Assembly: GCF_963921235.1 (NCBI RefSeq)
Contig: NC_086097.1
Coordinates: 189,722,001-189,786,000, forward strand
Length of the DNA: 64,000 bases
Source: Mobula hypostoma
Taxonomy: Eukaryota
Reading direction: 5' to 3'
The translations under genes were made by a program, and so were the position numbers. Below, in pieces: positions 51,215-62,898 of this stretch. Every line of letters begins with the position of its first letter. Position 1 is the stretch's first letter. The notes beneath the pieces were generated by a model that saw nothing but the letters and a program-made list of their open reading frames with translations, was not told the DNA's origin and made no database searches.

Positions 51215-51490
51215 GGCGAGACAGGGCAAAGGTCTCGCTCTAAGTAAGGACTGGAATTTGATTGTAAACAAGATGGACAGAGGAAATCTGATTGGATCAG
51301 TAGTAACCAATCCGGAGGGACAGATCCCAGGAGCATAAATACTACCAGACAAGACATGCCCAGGCATCATCCCCGATGAAGATGACAAGGTCTGTCATCG
51401 AAATGTTGATTAAGATCGATACCTGTAGCTGGCTGGAAGCCTGAGATTAGTTTGTTCTTCAAGTACACAAGGAAGGCACTAGATCCTTTA
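51215..51490 (+). mobile_element. pLTR of a different Penelope family with a degenerate hammerhead (51369-51411)
   Basis: ORF-end remnant GLALSKDWNLIV, CCAAT at 51307, TATA-like CATAAATA, then CCGAUGA-A-GAUGACA-AGGUC-UGUCAUC-GAAA-UGUU. Confidence 0.7.
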
Positions 51491-51548
51491 CCAAATTAAG
51501 CTCCTGCTTAACATTGCTTCTAGATTTTTTTTCTTCCTTTTCTACTAG

Positions 51549-52765
51549 TCATAGTCATACTTTATTGATCCCGGGGGAAATTGGTTTTTGTTACAGTTGC
51601 ACCATAAACAATAGATAGTAATAGAACTATAAATAGTTAAATAGTAATATGTAAATTATACGGGTAAATTATGAAATAAGTCCAGGACCAGCCTATTGGC
51701 TCAGGGTGTCTGACCCTCCAAGGGAGGAGTTGTAAAGTTTGATGGCCACAGGCAGGAATGACTTCCTATGATGCTCAGTACTGCATCTCGGTGGAATGAG
51801 TCTCTGGCTGAATGTACTCCTGTGCCCACCCAGTACATTATGTAGTGGATGGGAGACATTGTCCAAGATGGCATGCAACTTAGACAGCATCCTCTTTTCA
51901 GACACCACCATCAGAGAGTCCAGTTCCATCCCCACAACATCACTAGCCTTACGAATGAGTTTGTTGATTCTGTTGGTGTCTGTTAACCTCAGCCTGCTGC
52001 CCCAGCACACAACAGCAAACATGATAGCACTGGCCACCACAGACTCGTAGAACATCCTCAGCATCGTCCGGCAGATGTTAAAGGATCTCAGTCTCCTCAG
52101 GAAATAGAGACGGCTCTGACCTTTCTTGTAGACAGCCTCAGTGTTCTTTGACCAGTCCAGTTTATTGTCAATTCGTATCCCCAGGTATTTGTAATCCTCC
52201 ACCATGTCCACACTGATACCCTGGATGGAAACAGAGGTCACCGGTACCTTAGCTCTCCTCAGGTCTACCACTAGCTCCTTAGTCTTTTTCACATTAAGCT
52301 GCAGATAATTCTGCTCACACCATGTGAGAAAGTTTCCTACCGTAGCACTGTACTCAGCCTCATCTCCCTTGCTGATGCATCCAACTATGGCAGAGTCATC
52401 GGAAAACTTCTGAAGATGACAAGACTCTGTGCAGTATTTGAAGTCTGAGGTGTAAAAGGTGAAGAGAAAGGAAGACAAGACAGTCCCCTGTGGAGCCCCA
52501 GTGTTGCTGATCAGTCTGTCGGACACACAGTGTTGCAAGCACACATACTGTGGTCTGCCAGTCAGGTAATCAAGAATCCATGGCACCAGGAAAGCATCCA
52601 CCTGCATCGCTGTCAGCTTCTCCCCCAGCAGAGCAGGGCGGATGGTGTTGAACGCACTGGAGAAGTCAAAAAACATGACTCTCACAGTGCTCACTGGCTT
52701 GTCCAGATGGGCGTAGACACAGTTCAGCAGGTATCCAGGTGGGCATAGGCACAGTTCAGCAGGTA
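51549..52765 (-). mobile_element. Young 5'-truncated Rex1 LINE with an uninterrupted 333-aa RT C-terminal ORF (51693-52694)
   Basis: Motifs include VRVMFFDFSSAFNTI, NTGAPQGTVLS, QKFSDD and RLYFLRRLRSF. The tail is (ATGACT)n, and there is a possible short TSD ACTAG (51544-51548 and 52766-52770). Confidence 0.95.
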
Positions 52766-53454
52766 ACTAGGATGTAGATATTGCTGTTATGAATTGATAT
52801 GCATGAATACCTCTCTCAGCAGCCTTCATCAATAAGTTGCAAATTTATAATGCACTCAAATAATTTATAATCTGTTAAAAAAGCATAGTACATACTGTCA
52901 GTCTCACCTTGCATGCTTTTAATGATCAGATCTGTGCTACAAATTAATCAAAATGAGTGTAATGAGTAGCACCTACCGCTCGGTGAATGGAGAGCAAACA
53001 TACAGTAAACTATTGCTCAGCTGCATTATTGCTCTTCATGGAGAAAATGATTGAAAAGGTTCAAAGTAGACTAGCTCAGGGAAAGTAGAAAAAATAATAA
53101 AGTCCTAAAAGGCCAGGAAAGAAGCACATTGAACATCTGAACTAATAGTGTCATTTAAACGATCATTATATATTGTGTATGAATAGGCATGTGAATCTGG
53201 AATATCATGTCAAGTTTTGTCAGCATCTTTTGATTTAGTAATAGAACTTGTATTTTTTGGCACCCTTTTCTTTTAAAGATCAATAGAAAACAGGGATTGT
53301 TTGGTCCTTAATGGTGATAAGTATTACTTGAATTAGCTATGTCCTGTCAAGTAGGAAAATATTAGAAATGCTCACCAGGTTATGCAGCACATGTGGAGAT
53401 AAAAGGAGTCATTGTTTCAATATTTCAGGTCAATGTCCTTTCATTAAGTAGCTT

Positions 53455-53920
53455 CGACAGGTAGACAGGGTGATGAAAGAGTATTTAGCCTATGTAAATC
53501 AGGGCATTGAGAGTAGGATTAGGAAATTATATTGCAGTCACTGGGAGTACCGTGTAAAGTTCTGGTTGCCATGTTATAGAAAATATATGGTTAAACTAGA
53601 ATGAGTGCAGAAAAGATTTGAGGAGGTTGCCAGGATTAGAACATTTAGTTAAGGGAGAGGGTGGCCAGCATAGCTCTTTGATCCTTGGAATGTAGGAGAA
53701 TGATATAAATGTTTTAGAATTATGAGGGGCATAGATTTCATGCAGAAGGTGGTGAGTACGTGGAGTAGGTTGCCAGAGATGGTTGGGGCAGGTACAATAG
53801 TGTCTTATAAGCAGAACCTGGAAAGGTACATGGTGGGGTGAGATTTGAAGGGATATGGGTTTAATGCAGGATGTTAGGATGGACATTTTGGGCCAAAAGC
53901 CTCTATTTATGCTGTAAGGC
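53455..53920 (+). mobile_element. Old CR1 3' fragment
   Basis: Degenerate EYRVKFWLPCYRK...LE-VQKRF remnant and tail. Confidence 0.65.
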
Positions 53921-54014
53921 CACATGCTGCCAAGAGATAAAGCACATGATCTCTGCGCAGTATAAGGTACAATAATGACAATTAAATAGCTGTGCCTATA
54001 ACATATCCTGTTTG

Positions 54015-54557
54015 CACCTCCTCTCCATCCGCCACAACAGACAGGATCTTCCAGTAGCCACCCACTTCAACTCTGCTTCCCATTCCCATTCAGATATGTC
54101 CATACATGGCCTCCTCTACTGCCATGATGAGGCTAAACTCAGGTTGGAGGAGCAACACCTCATATACCGTCTAGGTAGACTCCAGACCCTTGGTATGAAC
54201 ATAGAATACTCCAACTTCCAGTAATTCCCTCCCCCTCCCTTCCTCTATCCCTATTTCACTCTGCCCCCTCCCCCAGCTGCCTATCACCTCTGTCATGGTT
54301 CCGCCTCCTTCTACTGCCCATTGTTTTCCTGCCTATCACCTCCCTGCTTCCCCTCCCCCACCCCTTTATCTTTCAAATTACTGGTTTTTCAACTGAACCT
54401 ACCAGCCTTCTACTTCCAACCCTCCCCCACCTTCTTTACAGGGCCTCTGTCCCTTCCCTCTTCAGTCCTGATGAAGGGTTCTGGCCCGAAACGTCGACTC
54501 ATCGTTTCCACCGATGCTGCCCGACCTGCTGAGTTCCTCCAGTGTGTTGTGAGTGTC
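54015..54557 (+). mobile_element. Young Neptune PLE 3' fragment (GIY-YIG C-terminus plus pLTR)
   Basis: ORF 54012-54224 reads DLPVATHFNS...LEEQHLIYRLG...MNIEYSNFQ*. A 14-bp TSD ACATATCCTGTTTG flanks it (54001-54014 and 54558-54571). Confidence 0.93.
54464..54499 (+). ncRNA. Minimal type-I hammerhead ribozyme motif with intact core
   Basis: AGUC-CUGAUGA-A-GGGU UCUG GCCC-GAAA-C-GUC-GACU; predicted cleavage is after C54495. Confidence 0.83.
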
Positions 54558-54635
54558 ACATATCCTGTTTGATTCTTCCAATAATAATATTCTTTTCTAA
54601 ATTTTCAACATACATTTTCTCAAAATGTTTAACTG

Positions 54636-55630
54636 GAATGCATTCCTGTTAATTAGGGCATTGGTTAATCGGGGCAGCCACTTATTTGGGGCAACTCTTA
54701 AAGACCAGAAGATATAGGAACAGAATTAGGCCATTTGGTCCATTGTGTCTACTCCATCAGTTCATCATGGCTGTTCCAATTTTCCTCTTAGCCCCAATCT
54801 CCTACCTTCTCCCCGTATCCCTTCACATCCTGTCCAATCAAGAACCTATCAACCTCTGTCTTAAATATACATAACAACTTGGCCTCCACAGCTACCTGTG
54901 GCAAAGAATTCCACAGATTCACCACTCTCTGGCTACAGAACAAACACTAATCAAGAAATTAGCTGGGATTCTCTTCATTTATTTCAGGCACTATGCCACA
55001 TAATTGGGACAGGAAACTGCTGCTAAATAGTTTCAGTCATGTGTATTTGCATAATCGTTAGGCACTATACTGTGCTCAGAATGAACGGTTTTTAAAGGTT
55101 ATGGGGATAAGGCAGGAACTGGATACTGATAATGGATGATCAGCCATGATCACAGTGAATGGCGGTGCTAGCTCAAAGGGCCGAATGGCCTACTCCTGCA
55201 CTTATTGTCTATTGTCTATAAATAACGTTAGTGGTATGTGTTTGTGTTTAAAAAGCAGTGATTTTTGAGTAATAAGCGGTAAGACAATTCAGAACTGTTT
55301 TGCTTACAATCAAAAGCATTGTATGAAGGCAATCCATTATCTGAATTAGAAGTCTATGTTGATTTTATTCATTTACAGTCAATCAAAAGAACACAACAGT
55401 GTACAATGGATGAATTCCTCTGTCAATAACCATTTGGAACTAATACACCATTTGATAGTAGTGCAGTAGTTTTGGTAGAGTTCTAATTTGTTCTGTAGTT
55501 CATTTAAATAAATATTTTGTTACTCAATTAAATGGTAGTCTGTCCTTTTTTATACATTTTTGACTATTTCCATAAAACTTAGGCTAATTGGGCCAAAATG
55601 TACTGTGTCCCGATTAACCGGAGTCTACTG
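54636..55630. mobile_element. pogo/Tigger-like MITE carrying two CR1 tail inserts (about 54703-54938 minus; 55097-55220 plus)
   Basis: The right end CCCGATTAACCGGAGTCTACTG|TA is a Tc1/pogo-type terminus, with a degenerate left counterpart ATTCCTGTTAATTAGGG. Confidence 0.6.
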
Positions 55631-57258
55631 TATTTTAAAACTCAGATGCATTCACTGCTTGCCAAAATGTTCAGAAGTTCATTTGTAATAATTGCTCAGG
55701 TGTAAGACACTTCATTTTTATTATTTAGTATTGTATCCAGTTATTCCTTTCTGCAATGAACTGGTGCATAGATGTGGACTCGTTACTCCAACTACTGCAA
55801 AAGCTGAACTCAGTGCCAATCTCTACCATTTTGTCAGATGCAAGCTGCAAATAATTCTGTTCCATTTCATCTGCTGACCATCTAGTTCTTAATGAGGATG
55901 ACCTTGCAGCACTAACTTTAACTGATAACTTTAGCTGGGTTTCATGTTTTCATGACTGGATCTTGTGTGTGACCCTTGCCAATAACACAGGAAATGAATT
56001 ATCTTGCTTGATGTAGTGTTGGCTTCCTTTCACTTGCATATCAGTCAGTTGTTGTCTTACTTCTTCAGGTCCTGCAGAGGATATGTTTTGCTTAACAAAT
56101 TTGTCTTGTACGTTCTGCTATTTAGTTACTCAGCTTCCAATTTCAGGTCAGTTTTAAGGGATGTAGGATAAAGTGACAATAACACAGGGATAAGGTTTTC
56201 CTTTGTCTCTTGGCTCTTGGTGAGGTCGTTTATACTGTTTGGACATGCCTCTCTATGAAACAAATTCCTCTTAGGTAGCATATGGATGAAGTCACAGTGG
56301 TAAGCCCGTATCACTCTTTAAATTCTACAAAATTCCCCAGAGGCTGGCCAATGGTCTCAGTAGACATCATACTCTTCTTCAGTATATTTCTAGATTTCTA
56401 AGATAAAAAGCACGTCAACAACGTATACTTCACATCTTTGGAAATGTTTATCCAGAATACAGCTAACCAGATTTCAGGGTGCATTTTATTTCATCAGTGT
56501 AACCTTCCCACAGCAACTGAAATAATTCTTGTATATTTTTGGGTGTTACGACTCTGGCTCCAGCCAGTTAAACACTGTCTTCCAGTAAGATGTCATCTTT
56601 GATTAATCAGTAACATTTTATTGTTTCTTTTACTCTTTCTTACTTCTGGGCTAACCTGAGTCATTCTTTGAAAAGAAAAGTCATTATCAGACTCTTCTTA
56701 TCTTACCAGTTTGTTGGTTTCACACTTATCAGGTAGTGTATCCTCATACCTGCATGTTGCTCCTATGATAACTGATGAGAAAAAGTCCACCTGTCAGCAC
56801 CATTTTGTTTCTTGTTTACACAAAGTAAAACCATAAATGTGAAGTCTCCAACATAATCAATGCAGTCTTGTTGGCACTCTTTAAGTTCTTCTTGTAATTT
56901 GCTCCAGGGGACTGAAAACATTTCTATTATGAAGCTCCTACCGTGGAAATACTGTGAAACCTCTCACATCAATATATAACTGCTAACAGCTCTCTTCTCT
57001 TTGCTGCCAATGTCTGTACGTGTTATGCGTACTAAAACTATTAGTTCGCACCTTGCAATCAGCTTTGAGTCAAGGCATTTACCGTGAACTGTTATTGCTG
57101 TTCTGTAAAATAGGAAGCCTGTCCAAGTGCATTATACCTTTACAAATTTCTTAAAACTTGCTGCATGGGATTGTGACTATTGTTATTCTACTTCTTTCAG
57201 ATTCTGATGTGTCAGGAATGAAATAATTCATGCTTCATCTTCTAATAAGAGAACAGAG

Positions 57259-57920
57259 AAGATGGTGGCGCGATGCAGCGCGCAGCGGCCACTCCTGACT
57301 GAATATCTGTTATTTGTTAAGTAGGATGCCATGCACAATCCTGATTTGATGGAGATGGACGTGAGAAGCACGGAGGAACATCTGGTGAAACTTCTGAAAT
57401 GCCTGTTTTGCTGCTGCTGCTACTGTGCGATCCAGAATCTCCGGAGGGGAAGGCCTCGAATCCTCAGCTTTACCTGTTGCTTGGCAGCTGGGCCGGGGTC
57501 GAAGCGCTCGGCAGAGATGGTGCTCGGTGCTCGGTGTCGGAGGGCTGGTCGGAGGCTCAAAGTTTTTGGACGGACTCAGAGTCGGCTGTGGTCGGGTGCT
57601 TCCAGGGTGCTGCATCAGCAAATTTGCGGCACTAGAGGTTCGTGGCAGGGAGAGTTTTTCTTCTTTCTACCGTCTGCATGAGATGATGGGGCTATCGGGA
57701 CTTTGAGACTTTTTTTTACCGTGCCCATGGTCTGTTCTTTATCAAATTATGGTATTGCTTTGCACTGTTGTAACTATATGTTATAATTATGTGGCTTTTG
57801 TCAGTTTTAGTCTTGGTCTGTCTTGTGTTTCTGTGATCTTATACTGGAGGAACATTGTATCATTTCTTAATGCATTATTAAATGACAATAAACGAGGACT
57901 GAGTGTCCTCACAATCTAAT
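57259..57920 (+). mobile_element. Apparently full-length non-autonomous LINE-derived retroelement (about 660 bp)
   Basis: 5' AAGATGGTGGCG resembles the Rex1 5' end at 38177. It has a CpG-rich body, a 3' hairpin GAGGAC-TGAGT-GTCCTC (57894-57910) and an AATCT tail. A second copy is at 9768-10297. Confidence 0.75.
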
Positions 57921-58108
57921 AGAGGGTAGTGAATCACTCGAGTTCTCTGTCATTGAAAGTGGTGGTGGCAGATTGTTAGTCAAGAAAGATTCTAGGCTTT
58001 TCCTTGACTTCTGATGCTTTTATTTCAGCTATAGCTATATTTTTGATTTAGCTTAACTCCAACCTATGTATCATTCTGCTGAACTGTTAAGCTATTCTCT
58101 TGGTCCTT

Positions 58109-58294
58109 GCAACACTCACAACACGCTGGAGGAACTCAGCAGGTCGGGCAGCATCCGTGGAAATGATGAGTCGACGTTAGGGTTCTGGCCCGAAACGTCG
58201 ACTCATTGTTTCCACAGATGCTGCCCGACCTGCTGAGTCCCTCCAGCGTGTTGTGAGTGTTGCTTTGACCCCAGCATCTGCAGATTATTTTGTG
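58109..58294. mobile_element. Fold-back PLE pLTR insertion forming a 70-bp stem hairpin
   Basis: Arms 58109-58178 and 58194-58263 have 4 mismatches. A 14-bp TSD TTCTCTTGGTCCTT flanks it (58095-58108 and 58295-58308). Confidence 0.93.
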
Positions 58295-58854
58295 TTCTCT
58301 TGGTCCTTCCAGCTTCTCAAGATGATGGCCATCATGACTTTGTCATCCACCCCACAGACCTGTTGTCATCTGCTGAAAAAATTGATTTTTTTGCATCTCT
58401 GCAAGTCTGGTCTACCGTCTGTGTAAATATATCCTGGTTTATTTTCAAAGAGTGGTACACAGCTACATCAGTTAAGTGCTCACAGTTCCAGGGAATTTGT
58501 TTCTATCCCCAGACCTCAAGTGCTCTCTGAATTTATACTTACAATCTCTAAATGTGTGCCTGCTTCACCCAGGTAATCTAGATTCCGCAACCTCCACCCC
58601 ACAGCCCAAAGACTTGCAGGTAGGAAAATTTGCATCCGTACATTACCTAAGCGTGGGTGTATGGCAAAATAATCAAAGAGGGGCTGATGGGACAATGAGA
58701 TGAACTCGGAGTGAGTGAATGAAAATAAGGAGATTGCATCAGGACCAGCATTGATCAAATAACCTCCTTTGACTGATAAATTAAGATTCTGCAGTTTATA
58801 TTGTTCAAACAATGTGTTAGATAATGTCAATAGTGAAAGTTCCTCATCAAGATC

Positions 58855-59015
58855 TACTTCCCATTTGCTGAAAACCTGCCCATCTGCCTATAGTGCCGTA
58901 ACCTTTTATTCTGGCTTCTGCACCTCTCCTTTCTAGTCCTGGTGAAGGGGTTCAGCCCAAAATGTTGACTGTTCATTTTTCTCACTAGATGCTGTGGAGT
59001 TCCTCTAGCATATTG
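58855..59015 (+). mobile_element. Degraded Neptune pLTR fragment
   Basis: AGTCCTGGTGAAGGGGTTCAGCCCAAAATGTTGACTG is a decayed hammerhead motif. Confidence 0.7.
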
Positions 59016-61449
59016 TGCATGATGATCTTTTGTCACTCCAGGTTGGAGTTGGGCCATGATCCTTCTTGATAGAATGATTTGTCTTTCTCCTCCTTAAATA
59101 TATTATCGTTCACTGCCCTCAGTGGCAGTGAAGTACAGAGACTCACTCCTTCAGAAAAGAAATTTCTAAGCACCTCAGTTTTAAATAATCCCTTATTTTG
59201 TAGCTACATCCCCTTGATCTTGATTCTCCCACTAGCAAGAACATCTCAGCACCTGCCTGTCAAGTGCCCTCAGGATGATTGAGTAAGACCATCACTCATC
59301 CTTCCAGGTTCCTCTCTCATCACATTCAGTTGGTTTACTGAGTTTTTCTCCATCCCTTGAAATTCTTTTTCAACTCACTGGTTAATTAACATGGAATGTG
59401 GAAAGCTAGTTTCATTTGGAGATCAAGTGATGCAAAGTTCTGTTGATGATTGGAGGCTGGTGTCTTGTAATTTTCCTGAACTAGACAATTGTATCGATTC
59501 CATTTCTCTAGGAAGTGCCACATTCACTCACCCCGTGGCCAATATACTATGTCCTCACACCTTGTCATGCTCCATGGTACAGACATTCTAATTTTGGCTC
59601 CTTTCCATTGGCCCTCGACTCACCCTTTGCTATTTTCCCTTCATACCTTCAAGGGGGAGGGTGAGCAGCCAGAGGTCATAGTGGATGTTGGCACCAATGA
59701 CAGGTAGAAAGGGGGGAGTGAGTATAGGGAGTTAGGATAGAGGCCGAAGAGCACGACCTCCAGGGTAGTAATCCCCGGATTACTCCCAATACTATGTGCT
59801 AGTCAGGGCGGGAGTAGGATGACAGTACAGATGAATGAGTGGCAAAATAAGGGGTTAGTTATTTAAAACTGAGGTGCTGAGAAATTTATTTTCTGAAGAA
59901 ATGAGTGGTGCAGAGGCATGGTTTCAGATTTCTGGATCAATAGTATCTCTTCTGGGGTAGATATGACCTGTATAAAAAGTATGGGATACACCTGAACCAA
60001 GGTGGGCAAGTTTGCTCAAGCTGTTGGGGAAGGTTTAAATTAATTTGGAAGTAGGATGGGAACTGGAGTCATAGGACTAAAGATAGGGCAATTGGTATAC
60101 AAGTCAATGCACTATGTAATGAGACTGAGGAAATACAGGCAGACAATAGGGCAAAATTGGAGTCAATGGGGTAAGTTGCAATGCAAAAGGGGGATAAAAT
60201 TGAAAAGGGTGCTGGATAGGACTGAAGGTGTTATATTTGAATGTACTTAGTATATGAATAAGGTAGATGATCTTGTAGTACAGTTAGAGATCAGCAAATA
60301 TGACATTGTGGGGCATCATTGAGTCACAGCTAAAAAAAAATCATAGTTAGGAACTTAACATCCATGGATACACCTTGTATCAAAAGGACAGGCAGGTATT
60401 CACAGGAGGTTGGGTGACTCTAGTGGTAAAAAATGAAATCAGGTCCTTAGAAAGAGGTGACATTGGATTGGAAGATATAAAATCTTTGTGGGTATAGTTA
60501 TGAAACTGCAAGGGTAAAAATCCCCTGATGGGAGTTATATTCAGGCTCCAAACAGTAGCAGGATGTAGGATATAAATTGCAATGGTTGATGGAAAAAGCA
60601 TGTAATAAGGGCAATGTTACAATAATCAGGGGGTATTTCTATATGCAGGTAGATTGGGAAAATTAAGTTGGTGCTGGATCCCAAGAAAGGGAATTTGTAG
60701 AATGACTACGAGACGGCTTTTTAGAACAGCTTGTGTCTGAGTCCATGAGGGGAAAGGCTATTCTGCGTTGGGTGTTGTGAAATAAACCAGATTTGATTAG
60801 GGAGCTTAAGGTAAAGGAATACATAGGAGTCGAGTCAGAGATCATAATATGATAGAATTCATCCCAGTTTGAGAGGAATAAGTTCATCCCAGTATCACAG
60901 GGGAGTGAGTGGAATGACAGTCATGAGAGAGGAGCAGGTGAAAGTTAATTGGAAGGGAAAACTAACAGGGATGCTAACAGAACAGCGATGGCAGGAGTTT
61001 CTGAGGCATTTCTGTAGGTGCAGGATAGATACAGCCCAAAAAGGAAGGTAGGCAACGACAGCTAACAAGGGAAGTCAAAGATGGCATAAAAGCAAAAGAG
61101 ACATTATCTAAAATAACAAAAATTAGTGGGAAGTGAGAGGATTGGGAAGCTTTTAAAAACCAATAGAAGGCAACTAAAAAAGCCATAAGGAGAGAAAATA
61201 TGAAATATTAAGGTAAGGTAGCCAGTATATACAAGAGGATATCAGAAGTTTTTTCGATGTATAAAGAGTAAAGAGAGACAAGAGTGGACCACTGGAAAAT
61301 GACACTGGAGAGGTAGTAATGAGGGACAAAGAAATGCCAGATGGATGTAATAAGAATTTTGCATCATTTTCACTGTGAAGACACCGGCAGTAGGCCAGAA
61401 ATTCGAGACTGTAAGGATGCAGAAGTGAATGTAAATGCTATTGCCCAAG

Positions 61450-62898
61450 GTGAGTGCTCAAGATGTGCACGGCTAACTAACAGGTGTGCTTACAGACATT
61501 TTTAATCTTTCCCTCTCCCAGTTTACAGTGTCCCCCTGCTTCAAAACATCCACCGTTGTCCCCGTACCTAAAAAAAACCAAGGTAACATATCTGAACGAC
61601 TGGCATCCTGTCGTACTCACCTCAATAATCAGCAAGTGTTTTGAGAAGCTGGTCAAGAACTACATCTGCAGCGTACTACCACCCAGAATAGACCCCCTAC
61701 AATTCACCTACTGAGACTACCAATCGACAGATGACACAATAGCCACAGCTCTACACACCTGGACTTCCTGTCAGATCGCCAGCAGATGGTAAGAGTGCGC
61801 TCCTTCATCTCTGTCCCTCTGCCCCTCAACACGGGTGCCCCTCAGGGCGGTGTCCTAAGCCCCCTCCTTTACTGTCTGTATACCCATGACTGTGTCGTCA
61901 CCCACAGCTGCTCCAACCTGCTAACTAAATTTGCTGATGACACTACACTGATTGGCCTAATCTCAAATAATAACAAGGCAGCCTTCAGAAAAGAAGGCAT
62001 CACCCTGATACAGTGGTATCAAGAAAACAACCTCTCCCTCAATGTCACAAAAACAAAAGAGCTGGTTGTGGACCACAGGAGGAATGGAGATAGGCTAACC
62101 CCTATTAACATCAATGGATCTGGGGTTGAGAAGGTTAACAGTTTTAAGTTCCTCGGCATAAACCGAGAATCTCACATGGTCTGTACATACCGGCTGTGTG
62201 GTGAAAATGGCACAACAACACCTCTTTCATCTCAGACAGTTGAAGGAGTTTGGTGTGGGCCCCCAAATCCTAACAATTTTCTATAAGGGCACAATTGAGA
62301 GCATCCTGACTGGCTGCATCACTGTCTGGTATGGAAACTGTACTTCCCTCAATCTCAGGACTCTGCTGAGAGTGTTTCGGACATCCCAGTGCATCTGTAG
62401 ATGAGAACTTCCCACTATACAGGACATTTACGTAGACAAGTGTGTAAAAAGGGCCTGTAGGATCACTGGGGACATGACTCACCCCACCCACAAACTTTTC
62501 CAGCTGCTACCATCAGGGAAATGGTACCAAAGCATAAAAGCCAGGACCAACAGGCTCCTGTGGCACGGCTAATGTAGATGAACTGAACACACTGATGAGG
62601 GAGAGGGAGAAGTGGAGAGTCTGTCATCGTGCCTGACAATGGCCCCCTAGGCCTGAGTCGACATAGTCGAATAGGCTCTGGGACAGCTTCTTTCACCAGG
62701 CCATCAGACTGATTACTTTCATGCTGATACAATTGTATTTCTATGTTATATTTACTGTCTTATTGTACACACTATTTAATACAAATTAATATAAATTGCA
62801 CATTGCACATTTAGATGGAGACATAATGCAAAAATTCTTACTTCTCATGTATGTGAAGGATGTAAGAAATAAAGTCAATTCAATTGAATTCAATTCAG
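61450..62898 (+). mobile_element. 5'-truncated, internally deleted Rex1/Babar LINE nested in CR1 (same family as 6491-8520)
   Basis: Motifs NTGAPQGGVLSPLLY, KFADDTTLIG and ESILTGCITVWYG; (CAATT)n tail. Confidence 0.92.
62558..62672 (+). mobile_element. 115-bp 3' end of an RTE/RTEX-like LINE inserted in Rex1
   Basis: TSD AGGCTC (62552-62557 and 62673-62678). The remnant reads ANVDELNTLMREREKWRV and ends GGCCTGAGTCGACATAGT. Confidence 0.65.

Noticed and set aside
58109..58263. Pre-miRNA or MITE interpretation of the hairpin
   Set aside because: The arms are PLE pLTR tail sequence with a 14-bp TSD, not DNA-transposon TIRs, and there is no expression evidence.
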